Source: Octopus vulgaris (taxonomy: Eukaryota). From it: a DNA stretch of 64,000 nucleotides. The DNA is taken from contig OX597823.1 in NCBI GenBank assembly GCA_951406725.2, forward strand, positions 82,646,001 through 82,710,000. The letters are read 5' to 3'. The translations under genes were made by a program, and so were the position numbers. The stretch's first letter is position 1, and each line of letters opens with the position of its first letter. Of this stretch, positions 41,711 through 55,614 are shown one piece after another. A model generated the notes under the pieces. It did not search any database, was not told the DNA's origin, and worked only from the letters and a program-made list of their open reading frames with translations.

Positions 41711-42287
41711 CACGTATATATCAAATTAAATCATTCTCAATGCTTTACGTCTGATATAAATAATGACTAACTGGGTAGGGTTCAAATGGATTTGGCCATG
41801 GTTTTGTTCGATCAAAGTGCTTATATTATTCATTCCAGCTCTATGTAAAGTGGATTCGCATTCCGTTGAGGTCAACTTCGCCTTTCATCCTTTTGGTGAT
41901 CAATAAATAAAACACCAGTCCACAGCAGCAGATTGGCAGAATTATTAGGGCATTGGATGGTTCTGTTCCGAATCTAGATGTCGTCAGTTCAAATCCCACT
42001 TTAAAAAATCCATATCCAACTGATGATTATGTTATTCGTTATGCGCTGAGAGAAGGCTTCAAAGTGGACGACAACATACTGCGGCACCGGCATATCACTT
42101 TAATGAGACAACTCTTTCATTGCTTTGTTACTGTTGTGTCATAGATTCAGTGGTTTTGGAGATTAAGCATGTGGAGATCGATTTCATGACTAGTTACTCG
42201 TAACTAGATAATCCTACTTACAAGTTCCTCTTGGTTTTTCAGAAAACCTGGAAACGTCAGTACCACCGTAGACGACAACTGTTGTGT

Positions 42288-42665
42288 TACTCTTTTACTT
42301 GTTTCAGTCATTTGACTGCGGCCATGCTGGAACACCGCCTTTAGTGGAGCAAATCGACCCCAGGACTTATTCTTTGGAAGCCTAGTACTTATTCTATCGG
42401 TCTCTTTTGTCGAACCACTAGGTTACGGGGACATAAACATACCAGCATCGGTTGTCAAGCGATGGCGGGGGGACAAACAGACACACAAACGTATACACAC
42501 ATACATATATATATATAGAGACATATATACGACGGGCATCTTTCAGTTTTCGTCTACCAAATCCACTCAGAAGGCTTTGGTCGGCCCGAGGTGCCACGCA
42601 GTGGGACTGAACCCAGAACCATATGGTTGGTAAGCAAGCTACTTACCACACAGTCATTACTGCGC
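42288..42665 (-). mobile_element. SINE family C copy
   Basis: Reverse match to 21041-21448 with a small internal deletion. Confidence 0.9.
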
Positions 42666-44061
42666 CACTCCTGTTGTTAATATTGTTAGTAAATTTTGTT
42701 GCTATTAAAGCATCGCTTATCGTTCTTGATAATAATGCTAGTGTTGGAGATGGCGTTACTTGTAGTAATATCGGTATTCTTATTGCTGTTGTTGTTATTG
42801 ATAACAATACATTGTTAATGAAGACGTGATTGTTTTGTGAAGCATTATGAGCAAAGAGGACGTTACTAGCAGCAACAATAATGAAAAGGCCAACGAAGAA
42901 AATGTCGTCCGCACTATGGTCGTATTTACTAGAAACGATTGTTAATTATTCATCAAATGACGTTCTCTTACTAGGTGATGTCCTCCATATAAGGAAAAGA
43001 TAGAATGATTTTAGCTAGGATATATTTGATCACAATCTGTTCAATCAAAGGCTAAACTGACGCTTGACAGCCACTATAACAACTAGTTAATAAGAGAGAC
43101 GCCTAAGAGTCATGTGGTAGTTCTAGAAATAGCAGTCACGCTTTTATGAAATCTCACCGAACCGCCTTAGCATTTGCCATTTATATTGTAGAGCAGTGTC
43201 AGCGATACACTGACTGAAACAAAGATAGAATGGTTACGTCTGGATTGCATTGACTATAAGGACAGTTGAATTATACCCGACCTTAGGTTTAACAGCAACA
43301 ACGACTAAATAGTCATGCGCGTACGTACACACACAGTAGATAAAACTGAACCCCGAAGACTGGTAGTAGTCTTGGTCAGCAAAAGCACCAGGAGAAGTAC
43401 ATTAAAATCGCCGAGAGATGTAGAATAGTGAACGCTTCGGATAGAGTCCTTCATCAGTATAAAGATGATAGAACGTAAATAAAAGAAAGACAGTAGAGTT
43501 TTACGTCTTGTATTTTCGAGAACAACAGCATAAACTAAATAAATCATGCGCATACACTCACAGACACGCATTTACGTACACATAGTATACATCTCATAAG
43601 CACGAGTAATGTACAAAACAAACATGTCTGATTCAATTTCCTATGTCAGGTTTAGCGATGCGAAATAAAATATGAAAGAATTCACTCCAAACAAGAATTC
43701 TAGATGCTATATAATGTCTGTAAATATTCATTGCAGCACAACAAAGACATTTCAGATGGTTAATTATTTTTTTTTAATCTTATTTAATGATAGAGAACGA
43801 TACTTGAAATTTAAGCCATCGTAGACGTCGTAGTCGATGGTGTGGTTGTTGTTGTTGTTTGTAGCCGTCGTCATTATTTGCGTCAGCACCTGTTGAAGAA
43901 TTACATTTACTAACAAAAGAATGTTGCGTAAGCTATGAACATTAAAAGGATTATGATGATAGTGATAATGATAGTGATGACGAAGAAGAGAAGTGGGTGT
44001 GCGTATGTTGATGGTCATAATGACGAAATGATAATGATGATAATCGGGAGATGTTGCGGTA

Positions 44062-44108
<47 letters not shown>

Positions 44109-44561
44109 CACAATGATGATGATGATCATGATCATGATGACCATGATGATGATATTGTCGATGACGACTTTGAAGTCGAAGATGGCAACGATAACGATTA
44201 TGGTGGCGTTGGTATTGGCGGTGTTGGTGGTTGTGATATGTGATAGTAATGGTAATCGTAAAAATATTGAGAGAAAATTCTTGTTTTCTCAGAAGACCAA
44301 TTGTTGTGTGAGAAGTTAACAGTCGTTCGCTTCGACACGAATATTTTCATTGTTATTAATTTCATAAAATCTGTCAGAAGCAATAAAACAATATATATGT
44401 ATATAATGATTCCTTGCAGAACCCCTTAAGAAATTACACTCGGAGACGTGTGAAGGCTGCATTAAAGCTCGTAAACAACGTTATTGTTCTTTTCTATATT
44501 TATGAGACGAAGAATTTACATAACGTATTAGTCGGAGTGTTTTCACTACGTTTGTTGTTTT

Positions 44562-44602
44562 CACTACTTTTCGACTGTACACGCTCAAGCCTTCTTCAGG
44601 TG
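44562..44602 (-). ncRNA. Minimal hammerhead motif (C3:G8) in a PLE-like repeat (~44410-44625)
   Basis: Minus: CAC-CTGAAGA-A-GGCT-tgagcgtgtac-AGTC-GAA-AAGT-A-GTG. Confidence 0.6.
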
Positions 44603-45351
44603 CCTTGCTTGGATTTGAACTCAGAATATTATTGTTGTTATTATTGTTATTCTTTTTGTTGTTGCTTTCTTTAAACCCCCAGATCAGGCCTGATCAAAAT
44701 TCCAATCAGTCGTTTTTAGGTTCATTTAGGACATCATTATCGATGTGTATTTTCTGTCTTGAAATCAATAGACGGTGATTTGAGGGTCGTTTGGCAACTA
44801 TTTCTACCACATCGAGCAACTGTGTGTTGATCCCAACTTTTCATTTGTTTGCTTTACACCATATTAGTTACGTTTTAGTATATAACGATTGCCACCACTT
44901 ATTGTAAAGCTCTAACAAATGTTTATGAATAATTTTCTTTGGAAAGAAATAAAAAGACACACTTATATAGAACAACACAATTTTCTGTAAAACTGCTTGT
45001 TTTTAATATAGATTGAAACACTCAAAATAACATTATTTACGGTGAATTCTCCAAACAGAATAATTCAGGATCTCATTAATTTTCTTTCAGAGATAGACAT
45101 TTCTATTGAAGGAATATAAATATTGGTATCCACCTGTGTACTGTATCTCCGGCAACAGTTTTAAAGAAACACGTAATCACCATTAGTGAGGAATATGCTT
45201 GCAAGAAGATTAAAATCTTTCTGTTTGAGAGAACTGTTTGCGGCAGTTATTAAATGCTGAAAAACTGTTGGATAATTACAAAATCATTCGAGAGAAACCT
45301 TTACAGAGTGTTCTCCTTTAGAAATATGTGTGTAAGCGTGCGTGAGTGCGT

Positions 45352-45390
<39 letters not shown>

Positions 45391-45752
45391 AGTGTGTGTG
45401 GGTGTATATGTGTGTGTGGGTGTATGTGAGAGAGAGAGAGAGAAGAGAGAGAGACTCTGTTTAATGTATGGTTACACGTGCATATGCATGTGTGTTATTG
45501 CTGTGGATACTAGTAATGAACAATTGCACAATAATATATGTATGTAGGCATCGTAAAAATATGTACAAAGAATACGAGGCGAAATGGAAAATGTACGTGT
45601 ATGCGCGTGCACACACGTGTGTGTGTGTGTGTGTGTGTGATCAAGTATGTCTGCATATAATATAATATATGCATATATAAAAATTGTGTATGCAATCCTG
45701 GTATGCTTTCTATCTTTATATACATATGTGTGCGAGTATGTATATGGGCATA

Positions 45753-45785
<33 letters not shown>

Positions 45786-46490
45786 ATATAAATATATATG
45801 TATACATATATATGTTTATGTATATTTGAATATATATATATATATATATATATGCGTTTGTATGTGTATAAGCGTGTTTGTGAATGTATGTATGTATGTA
45901 TGTATGTATGTATATATGTGTGAGTGCGTGCGTGTTTGTCTGTGAGTGTGTATTTTGCATATCTATAGGGCATAACACTTTTATTATCTGAAACTAAAGA
46001 TATTAGTGATTCTTTTTGTTCTAATTTCAATTTCCAAAAGATAAACTAAACGATAATTTAGAAGTAAAAATCGGGAAAATTCAAATGTAATAAACATTAA
46101 GTGATTTTGAAGAAATACCGAATCACTTTCAAGAATTGCACTTTAGCTTTTCCAATATGATGGACCTTTTTTTTTTCCCATCGAATATCAGACAAGCAGA
46201 ACTTTATCTAATGCAGAGTATTAATGCATAATCCTACCTAGATAATCAAGCTCTTTAAGAACATTTAAACACACGTTCTATCGCAATAAACACCTACATA
46301 ATAACATTCTCTCTTTGCATGTTCTACCTCTGCCACAACAGTGTCTATTCTCCTAATCTTGCAAGCATATTGTACCACATCGATCCAGTCCTTCCCGAAA
46401 CATTAAAGCTTCTGTTTATCATGGACCCCAAATTTCTCTAATTTGTAGATCCGTCTTTTCCAAATCTTATTTCCTGAAAACTGCAACATA

Positions 46491-46785
46491 TTTGGTTGGG
46501 TCTGGGGAGAGTCATTTTCTTTTTTTGCCTTATAATGTAACACACTCAACGGTAAAATTTCCACTTATTTTTATTTTCCTAAAATTTTCCAAGACTATTG
46601 AAAAGGTTGCAAGACGCAACGAAAATTTTAGGAAAATAAAAATAAGAAATAAGTGGAAATTTTACCGGTGAGTGTGTTATATTATAAGGCCCAAAAAAGA
46701 AAATGACTCTCCCCAGACACAACAGAATATGCTTCAACACACGAATTCATATAAAGAATCTTGCAAACCAAATCCAAAAATGAAA
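46491..46785 (+). mobile_element. PLE-like insertion with inverted 5' duplication
   Basis: TSD TGCAACATA (46482-46490, 46786-46794); ~46490-46589 is the reverse complement of ~46621-46730; central hammerhead. Confidence 0.8.
46595..46631 (+). ncRNA. Minimal hammerhead ribozyme, U3:A8 variant
   Basis: CTA-TTGAAAA-G-GTTGC-aagac-GCAAC-GAA-AATT-T-TAG. Confidence 0.7.
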
Positions 46786-47802
46786 TGCAACATACTTGAA
46801 TTTCTTCCTATCACCATTTTGTTAGCAACTGTCGAGTTATAATCAGGGAAATTATCCTTGATAGCTTCTGTATGACCAACAATCTAAAGCAGCGTTAAAA
46901 AGCTTTAAATAATAGCTTTTCTGTGATGATCACACATCGAAGCTGGCTTTCTCTTACACTAATGCAGTTCAATCTGGAATATGATCATATGCATTCTAAA
47001 GATAATTCAACTTTAAAATTAACATCTCAGATCCTACCAGTATAGGAGATCCTGTATTGGTTACTATTAATGACTATTCTTTTTTACTAATTTATTGAAA
47101 TATCAAAGTACAAAACACCTCCTACTCTGCGCAGCTCTCAAGTTTCTCTCAACAAACTGCTTCGGGATAAAAGGATAAATATTGATTAATTTTACGCGTT
47201 AAAAGAATAATATAATTTATGACGAAAAGTTTACTCACTGTCGCCTGAACCTTCATTATCAGGTTCAACACTCTAAATAAATGAATATTTTGAAGGTCGG
47301 GGAGTTGTGGTGTTTATGATTTTCAAACGGTGTATCAGAATGCTAATTATAAGGGAATCAAATCTGGTTCTCTGATTCAGTTTGCTACATCTAGTTGAAC
47401 ATGGTGCTCGCCCCTCATGCTATTTATCGGCGATAACATAGTATTATTTAAAAATGTCTTCTGTTCACAGATTTTAAGAGAACTATAGTTGATGGAATTA
47501 TACTCAGTTAAATGAAATTGCTTTATATTGTTACAAACGTCAGAATATAAAGGATTTTGATGGATAGAAGTAGATCCTGTAAAATATTTATATCAGAGCT
47601 TTAATATATGAATAGATCATTATAATATTAAAGACATGGAACTGCTGTGATATGACGTTTATCAGACGATTGAGTTTAACTCTTACCAATAAAACAAACT
47701 TGCACGTTATTCCCGCATTTTCACTTCACACATTGTTAGTGACACTCTACTCCTCCCTGAGCCTGCTTATCTGTTTTTGAAGTTGTCTTGGTTGATGTTG
47801 TA

Positions 47803-48028
47803 TTGGGTTGGTGCATAATTATTGCTGCTTTTTTCAACGAATTTTATTCAACAAAACATGTAACAAAAACATCTTTAAATGATTATTCCGGAGCATATTC
47901 ACCATCTACTTCAATTGCTGCTTCCCATTTGCTTGCCAGACGGCCAGACCGTCATTTAAAGATGCTTTTGTTAAATATTGTTAATGTTTTTGTTGAAAAC
48001 AAGCCGCAATAATTATGCACCAACCCAA
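47803..48028 (-). mobile_element. Internally deleted mariner (MITE-like)
   Basis: TIR TTGGGTTGGTGCATAATTATTGC at both ends with TA TSD; minus strand keeps transposase end RLASKWEAAIEVDGEYAPE*. Confidence 0.92.
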
Positions 48029-49289
48029 TAATTTGGATCCCGTTCCATCATAGACTAAGCAGATTTATCAACAGAGAAATTCGATTGACAATCGTTTCGA
48101 TCTGGTGTTCTGCTTTGCATAGATCTAGGACTACGTTATCCTGCCCCTTACTCCTCAAGTTGATAGGATGCAAAATGAAAGACGTTTAACTGGGGTTTTT
48201 TTCCAGTCGGTTGAGTGACAGGATAGTATTCCTTGTTGGTATGCAAAAGCATATCATTATAATTAAACAACAATTATGCTGCTGATCATAGAACTACGAG
48301 AAAATTGATAAATACTTTACTCGTGTGCAATGCCAAGATTAAGGGGTCTCACAAACATAAGTGAATGGATGAAAGAAGAGTATAAACGAATTATTTAACA
48401 TGATCGATAACTGAAACCCACAAAGTCAAAGTATATGTTATTTTAAGGATTATACAAAAGTTGGTCGAATTGGCTCTGTGTTCGTATTTCATGTGCAATA
48501 TTTAGGGTTCGCGTCCTAAGAACATCACTATATTTTGCTGAGAGGCAAAAATACACGTATTTCTTCCTAATGTTCATAATCTAGAGTCGATCGTCAGTAA
48601 CCACCGTTTTTTAACACCAGTATTGTTTATGTTGGTGACGATTAGTTTGGCTGTAGCACAAACAACACACGAAATTCGCCTCTTAAATTTATTTGGTATT
48701 AGCTTCCGTTTGTCTCTACTTCCAACCGTTTCTTTTAGATTCAACTGTTAATGTTTTCCTCCGTTTTTTTTTTTTTCTTTTTTTGATATATCTTATTTTG
48801 AAATCAACTGCATCATTGGTTACCTGTCTACAGAGAGCCAATTGTTGTTTAATGCCATTTATAAAGAAGTAAGGCAAAGACATGTCTGTTCAACAAATGT
48901 AAATAAAAAGCGTATATTTGTTAGAAAGTAAGAATTTATCGGTTTTCTTTCTGACACTTATATGCATGTATATGTATATGTTTATATATATATATATGTA
49001 TATAATCAATTAAAATATTAGACAGACATGTATTTGCACTCGCACATATATCTGAATGCGTCTGTTCATAAAGTATAAGAAAGAGAATGTAGTGCATTGT
49101 GCAGAGTTTATATTTGCTCGAAATCTGTTGACTCATCACATTTCTACTCTTTGTTTTACTATCAGGCCTCCTGTACGTACGGTTAATCAGAAATTATTTG
49201 GTAGGTCAAATGGTTGAATATGTGGGAAGCACAAGATGGTCTTATTCCTGATTGAACTACTTTGGTGTAAGAGAATGTCAACTCTGATG

Positions 49290-49640
49290 TATGGTCATCA
49301 CACTAGGAAAGCTACTTTGCAATGTACTTGAATTTGGTTGGTTTAGATTTCATAGAAATTATCAAAACCAATTTTCTCCGATAACGACAGCTGGAAAAGA
49401 TTTCGGATCTCCCATTAAATGATATTGCTATTTTAATAACTGTTACTTTTCTTTAGTTTCAGTATCCATTGAAGTAAGGTGTGATTTATCGATGATGCTC
49501 CATGTTATTGGAGATTTCATTCTGTGGTCCCCAAGTTTCCAGACAAATTGGAAATATTTTGGGGTATTTTCTTCTTCGACCCGAAACAATAATAATTTTT
49601 CTTTGTGTTCGCGGTGATTGTTCTGCAATATTTTTCAAAG
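49290..49640 (-). mobile_element. Decayed Penelope-like GIY-YIG endonuclease C-terminal region
   Basis: ...FRVEEENTPKYFQFVWKLGDHRMKSPITWSIIDKS...LSLSEKI resembles the PLE pattern SFR...YIWKLK...ITWSII.K...LCL.EK. Confidence 0.55.
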
Positions 49641-50960
49641 CAGTCAAAGAGTTCTTATCAATATTCTTTATCCTACTGCAATCGAAAAAAATCTTTTGAG
49701 AAGGCTTCTAATAAGCGGGGACCTTAATGTTATTGATGCAGAAGTGTTCTTTGTAATGCGTGTCGGTGGGCAGTGTTCCCACCAAGTTGTGCGCTTGGGT
49801 GCGCGTATATACGTTTTACAACCAGCGCTTAAATGAAGGTTTTCAAAACAAAATCGAATTTCTTTTAATTGAAGAAGTTAATCAAAATTTCAGAAGAAAA
49901 TCTTAAATTAACGGCATTTGCTCTGGTGGTCACTATGGTATTTGAGCAAAGATTCTTCTAAAGACATGCACACACTTTGCAAAGAAAGACAAAATTTGCA
50001 CACAAGCAAATTTCTACGTACAAAAATTATGGGGAAAATTGTCGGTGGATAATGTCTTAGAAGAGATAGCTAATTAATGATTCGAATATATTTGTATACA
50101 GTTCCTTTGCAAAGGTAACTTTTAATCTAGAATTAATCAATTTTAGTCTGGAGTCAGAGGAATTGTTGCTTTTATCCTTTAGTTACCAAATATTTTTGAT
50201 CTATCACACACACACACACACACACACACACGTACAAGCATACACGTATGTATGTAGGCAATGTGTGCACCCAGGCGCGATAGGTCCCTTCATAGTTTCA
50301 TTCAACTAAATTTTCGGTCAAAATGCATTGGTTAACCCGCAGACAATGTACTAGCCACGTGCCCATAATATTACGCAATTGGATTGAAGCAGAAACCATG
50401 TTGCTGCCAAGCAAATTTCTGAAATACAAATCGTGCTTCCGCTCGTGGCCTTCTTTTAGCATTGTCTTATTTCGTAATTTCTTTCGTTTAAAGCATTAAC
50501 AAAAATCCTATAATCTTATTTTTCTCTTCATCTAGTGCTGTTACACTTTCAGTCCTAGTTCGGCCCTGGACGAGCAGATCAATGACCAAATGAATTTTAG
50601 CCGATACCATCCAGACCTGGCAGGAATATTTGTGCCCTGGGCAACATACTTTGCGATATCTGTTCGAGCCCCTTGCATTTTAAGTTCGAATCCAACTCTG
50701 TCCAACGTTGTTTTTCAGTCGTTTGGTTTCAATAAATAAAGAGCGTTCTATGCTGGCGGAACTATTACACTATTGGGAAAGTTACCTGCAGATATTTTGT
50801 TCCGAAATTTTGCGTACTGCGTTCAAACCGTGACATGACCTCCGTTGAGATAACGTGTCTCTTTTTTTCTGCAAAATGTTAGATTGTAGTTTGAAGGTTA
50901 TTTGGTTACAATTTCTTGCACATCGAGAGACTGTGTGTGTTGACAGAATGGTCAGACTGT

Positions 50961-51360
50961 CGGGAGCTGGCAGAATCGTTAGCACGCCGGGCGAAATGCT
51001 TACCGGTATTTCGCCTGCCGTTACGTTCTGAGTTCAAATTACGCCGAGGTCGACTTTGCATTTCATCCTTTCGGGATCGATTAAATAAGTACCAGTTACG
51101 CACGGGGATCGATATAATCGACTTCATCCGTTTGTCTGTCCTTGTTCGTCCACTCTGTGGATAGTAAAGAAATAGGTATTTCGTCTGCCGTTACGTTCTG
51201 AGATCAAATTCCGCCGAAGGCGACTTTGATTTTCATCCTTTCGGGGTCTATAAATAAAGTACCAGTTACGCACTGGGGTCGATGTAATCGACTTAATCCC
51301 TTTGTCTGTCCTTGTTTGTTCCCTCTATGTTTAGCCCCTTGTGGGCAATAAAGAAATAAG
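50961..51360 (+). mobile_element. Dimeric SINE family B (head + two body units)
   Basis: Second unit starts at ~51175 directly after tail ...GTAAAGAAATA. Confidence 0.9.
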
Positions 51361-51985
51361 AATGGTTAGACTGTCGGACAGGATATACTTAGATATTTAT
51401 TCTGAAGTATTGCATTGTGAGTTCTAATCGAACTGTGACTTACATGGTCAGAGAAATTGTCCATCATCGGTCTAAGACCACTTACTGTTATTGGGTTAAC
51501 TTGAAGGGCGGTCACTCTGTTGCAAGCAATTTTGTGTGCTTGCTGGCTTATGGATATCGTCATCTCACTTCCTTCCACCAACCCAGGAAATGAGGTTCAA
51601 GGTTATGTCTTCATCTGACAATAAAATATTACTCTGACAAAATTATTGAAAGCCTTCATTTTCCCATGTTTTATTGTGTTGTCAAACAAATTCAATCTTT
51701 TTTTTTCTATCTTAAACCTTTCCATTGTTATTTGAATAAACACGAAAACTATGATTATCATAGTGTTTTATGTTATATGGGCTTTTGTTGTTCTTTCCTC
51801 TTCAACAACTTTTGTTTATCATTTAACAATTTTGAATAAATTTTAACTCTTTTCAGACAAAAGATTCTTTTACTTTTTACAAATCTGTAGAACAACGTAA
51901 TTTCTTTCGTCTATTTATCTATTTATCTGTCTATCTATCTATCGATCAATCTGTTTATCTATCTATCTATCAATTTATATGCCGG

Positions 51986-52068
<83 letters not shown>

Positions 52069-52650
52069 GTTTGTCTGTCTGTCTGTCTGTCTGTCCATGT
52101 CTGTCTGTCTGTACGTGTATGCATGTCTGTCTGTCTGTACGTGTATGCACGTATAGCTTTCTATCTCTACGTCGTTCTCTTTTGTTGTGCTCTTTCCCAC
52201 TATTTATTTTTCTAACTCTTACACTCTCTATGCGGTAGCAAGAATAATGTTCCCAAACATAACAATTTCCTGTAGCGATTCTAAAAACATATTTTACATA
52301 AATTATCGATACCCATTTCAATACAATTTCAATTCTATAGTTTTAATTGACAAATGTCGTTTATTTGGTTTTTATTATATCATAACACATGTAGTATTTT
52401 TGAACAACAAGTTTTGCTTCCTTCGTAGCAAAGTTCTATATTTGAATAGCACTTAATTCTATTGAAATAAAGCGAAGACTAGACTTGCAAAAATATCGCA
52501 GACTTTACAGGTTTCTTCATTTGATATAAATGTATTTCTGAAAAATATGTAGGTATTTATGTAAGTATGTATGTATTTATGTATGTATGTACATATATAC
52601 ATATGTGCAAATATGTATAAATGTATGTACATACATGAATACTTATATGC

Positions 52651-52715
<65 letters not shown>

Positions 52716-52926
52716 GTGTGTATGTGTATATGTACATATATATATATATGTATATATGTATATATGTATATATATATATATATGTATCTAATATATATAA
52801 ATATATAAATATGTATATATACATACACACATATATATATACATATACATAAATAGATAAATAAACATATATATATACATATATATATATACATATGTCA
52901 TATATATAAGTATACATATATATGTA

Positions 52927-52957
<31 letters not shown>

Positions 52958-53353
52958 GTGTATTATATATATATGTGTATATATATATGTATATATGCAA
53001 TTACAGACATAAGATGTATATATCTGTATACACATACAAAAACACACACACGCAAAAACACACACACATATTAATGCGTAACCTAGAATTTTTCAAATGC
53101 TCAAGAATATGTCCTCTGTATAGAGATTCTTTAGCTAATAATGAAGCCAATTAGAAAACGAATTATGTGATGCTTTCATACTTTACCAAAGACCTGACAC
53201 TCGAAACAAATAGTGTTTGAGTTCGAGTCACCTTCCTGAACTTAAGGATTGCAAGCGCTCGGTAATTTACCAACGTTGATTTTTGAATTTCCGAGTGGAA
53301 ATTACGATATATGTTATCGTTGATATTGCTGCTGTTGAAGTTATTCTTGTTGC

Positions 53354-53424
<71 letters not shown>

Positions 53425-53724
53425 GTAGTGGTGGTTGTGGTGGTGATGATGATTGTGGGGATAACGACAATCATCATTATTATGATCTAGTTCCAAGTGA
53501 AACCTGGTCTACCAGACACGTGTTGAAAGTCATTGCAGCCGTAATACATTCTTGTATGTTGTTGTAGATATTGAGCTCACAAATTCAGTGTCTTTCTTTT
53601 CTGTTGAAAGCACTGAAATAAATTTAAATGGATTTAGCAGCTATTTCTAGCAAGTTGATGGTTTGTATTTCAATGCACGGGTTTGTATATCGATGTCATT
53701 TGGTATATTGAAAAATCCTTTTTA

Positions 53725-53900
53725 CCATAGGCACATGGTCTGAAATTGTGGCTGAGGGGACTTTGTCGAGAACATCAACCCCACTGCTCCGATAGGATTA
53801 AAGTCGAAGTCAATCTCGGCGGAGTTTGAACTCAAAACTTGAAGGCATGAAATATCGCTAAGCTTTTTATCCGGCATGCTAAATATACCGCCAGTTCACA
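53725..53900 (-). mobile_element. Old SINE family B copy
   Basis: CTCGGCGGAGTTTGAACTC core. Confidence 0.7.
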
Positions 53901-54619
53901 CATACACACACGTTGTCAAGCTCACATTAAGGCAATAACAGAGACTAGTTTCATTTCTCGGGTGGCTGAGTCGATAGAGCACCCAGAAGACAGAAATGAA
54001 AAAAAAGAAGTAGAGAGGAGAGAGGGGTCTGGTACTGTTATGGAGTTGCTGTAATTTCGTTGTGTTCGTGGCGAAATCTCTTAACTTCTATTACTGTATC
54101 ACTGAGTGCAACTAATCGGTTCTGCTTAATTGCTATTAATGTTGTTGTTGTTACTGTTGCTGCTGCCGCTAATTTATAGCCCTAGGTCAGTTTTGATCCA
54201 TCTGTCTTATAACATGTATGTAGTTGCTCGAATGATAACGCACGGCCCACAAATCCATTTTCTTATTGATACCGTGTTTTTGCAGAACAGAAGACCGTAA
54301 TCAACACTCCGATATACAGCGAGGAACTGTAAGTAAGCTAGTGTCCCAGTCTGTGGACATCTACTCTCTCTGCGCCCTAGCCTGTTCCTGTACACCCTTA
54401 CATGCACAGAACCCTGTATTAGCCACTGAAGAGGTAGAGATGGACTATGTCAGAGAATAACACTTGTTGTTTCCCCTTTATATTTTAGCGAAGTTTAACC
54501 CAAATAACATTTGAGGCTAAAGTGGCTAGCAATGTTATGTTTATGAGCGTGTTTTTTTTTTATATAACTATCTGGACTTTGTGGGAATGATAATTTTCCT
54601 GAATATAGTATAATTCGTT

Positions 54620-54790
54620 CAAATTTTGGCAGGAGCCTCGTAATTTTTAGAGGCAGTGGCTTGTAGATTGCATCGATTCCGAAAAGATGGACAACAAACT
54701 CGACCTCAGCAGAATATGATCTCAGAACTTAAAGAAATGCCGCTATGTGCTTTGTCCGACGTGGTAACACTTCTGCTAGCACAGCGCTTT
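54620..54790 (-). mobile_element. Old SINE family B copy
   Basis: Diverged core and head. Confidence 0.65.
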
Positions 54791-55614
54791 AGGAAAAGAG
54801 AATAATTAAAAGCTGTAATTAACAGTCACACTGTCACATTGACGTGTAATTCGTTGTCTTACAATGGTAATTTAATTATATTCGTGAGAAATGCTACAGG
54901 CATTAGACAAGCACCCTATTCAATGACAAAAGTTTCCCATCATATTAACTTTATAGGAACCATATAAAATTATATACCCCTCTCGAACACACTTAGCCAC
55001 GGACAAGACTGTTGAGAGCCATCCACATTGCCATACAAAACATCGACCGCTGATCACTCGGTTTGTTGTCTGCTTTTCTACCTTAGGCTAGCCTGACAGA
55101 CTAACCAACGTGTATTCGAGATTCCGGAATAACTTATAATTAATCAGTGTTTTTGTTAATTTCTTGGTAGGAAATTCATTCTGATTCTACAGAAACTACT
55201 TCAGCGTATTTTACTTCTTAAGAAAATACTTTGTTTCTTTTCTTTGTTTTTGTTTTTCTTAGTTATGTCTCAATCAATTCGTGAACAGGTCACCTCCTTA
55301 ATACTCTTCGTCAACATTTTCCACTCTGCTTTGTAATTCACACTCACTATATTCCTCGTAACTTAAGAAATCTTTGTTCCTTTAAAATAACAGCTAACCT
55401 ATACACCCATCTTTTGAACAACAAACGCGTAACACTTCGCACAACAAAAGTATTATTTCTTTCTCATAGGGCTCTACCCTTAAATCCAGTTGACTTCCAG
55501 TTATAGGAAGCAATTTTGCATTCCTGCTCAATTATACGCTAACTATTAACTCCAGTTTCTCTTCACCGTCGACCCCCATCACTTTTAATATTAGCATAAA
55601 ATTTTGGCATAAAA

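Larger units (their letters stand above)
46200..47150 (-). mobile_element. Very old LINE reverse transcriptase remnant, interrupted by the 46491-46785 insertion
   Basis: Minus-strand traces NAYDHIP (KAYD-like) and KKFKY, with many stops. Confidence 0.35.

Noticed and set aside
43935-44319. Poly-Asp/poly-Met/poly-Ile ORFs (also 53163-53567)
   Set aside because: (GAT)n microsatellite
46797-46883. Apparent minus-strand exon IVGHTEAIKDNFPDY...
   Set aside because: Its donor lies in the TSD of an insertion, and the region looks like an old LINE remnant
48824-48885. Minus-strand pseudo-exon with CAG|GTAACC donor
   Set aside because: Phase-incompatible with the neighbouring candidate exon (introduces a stop) and no other support
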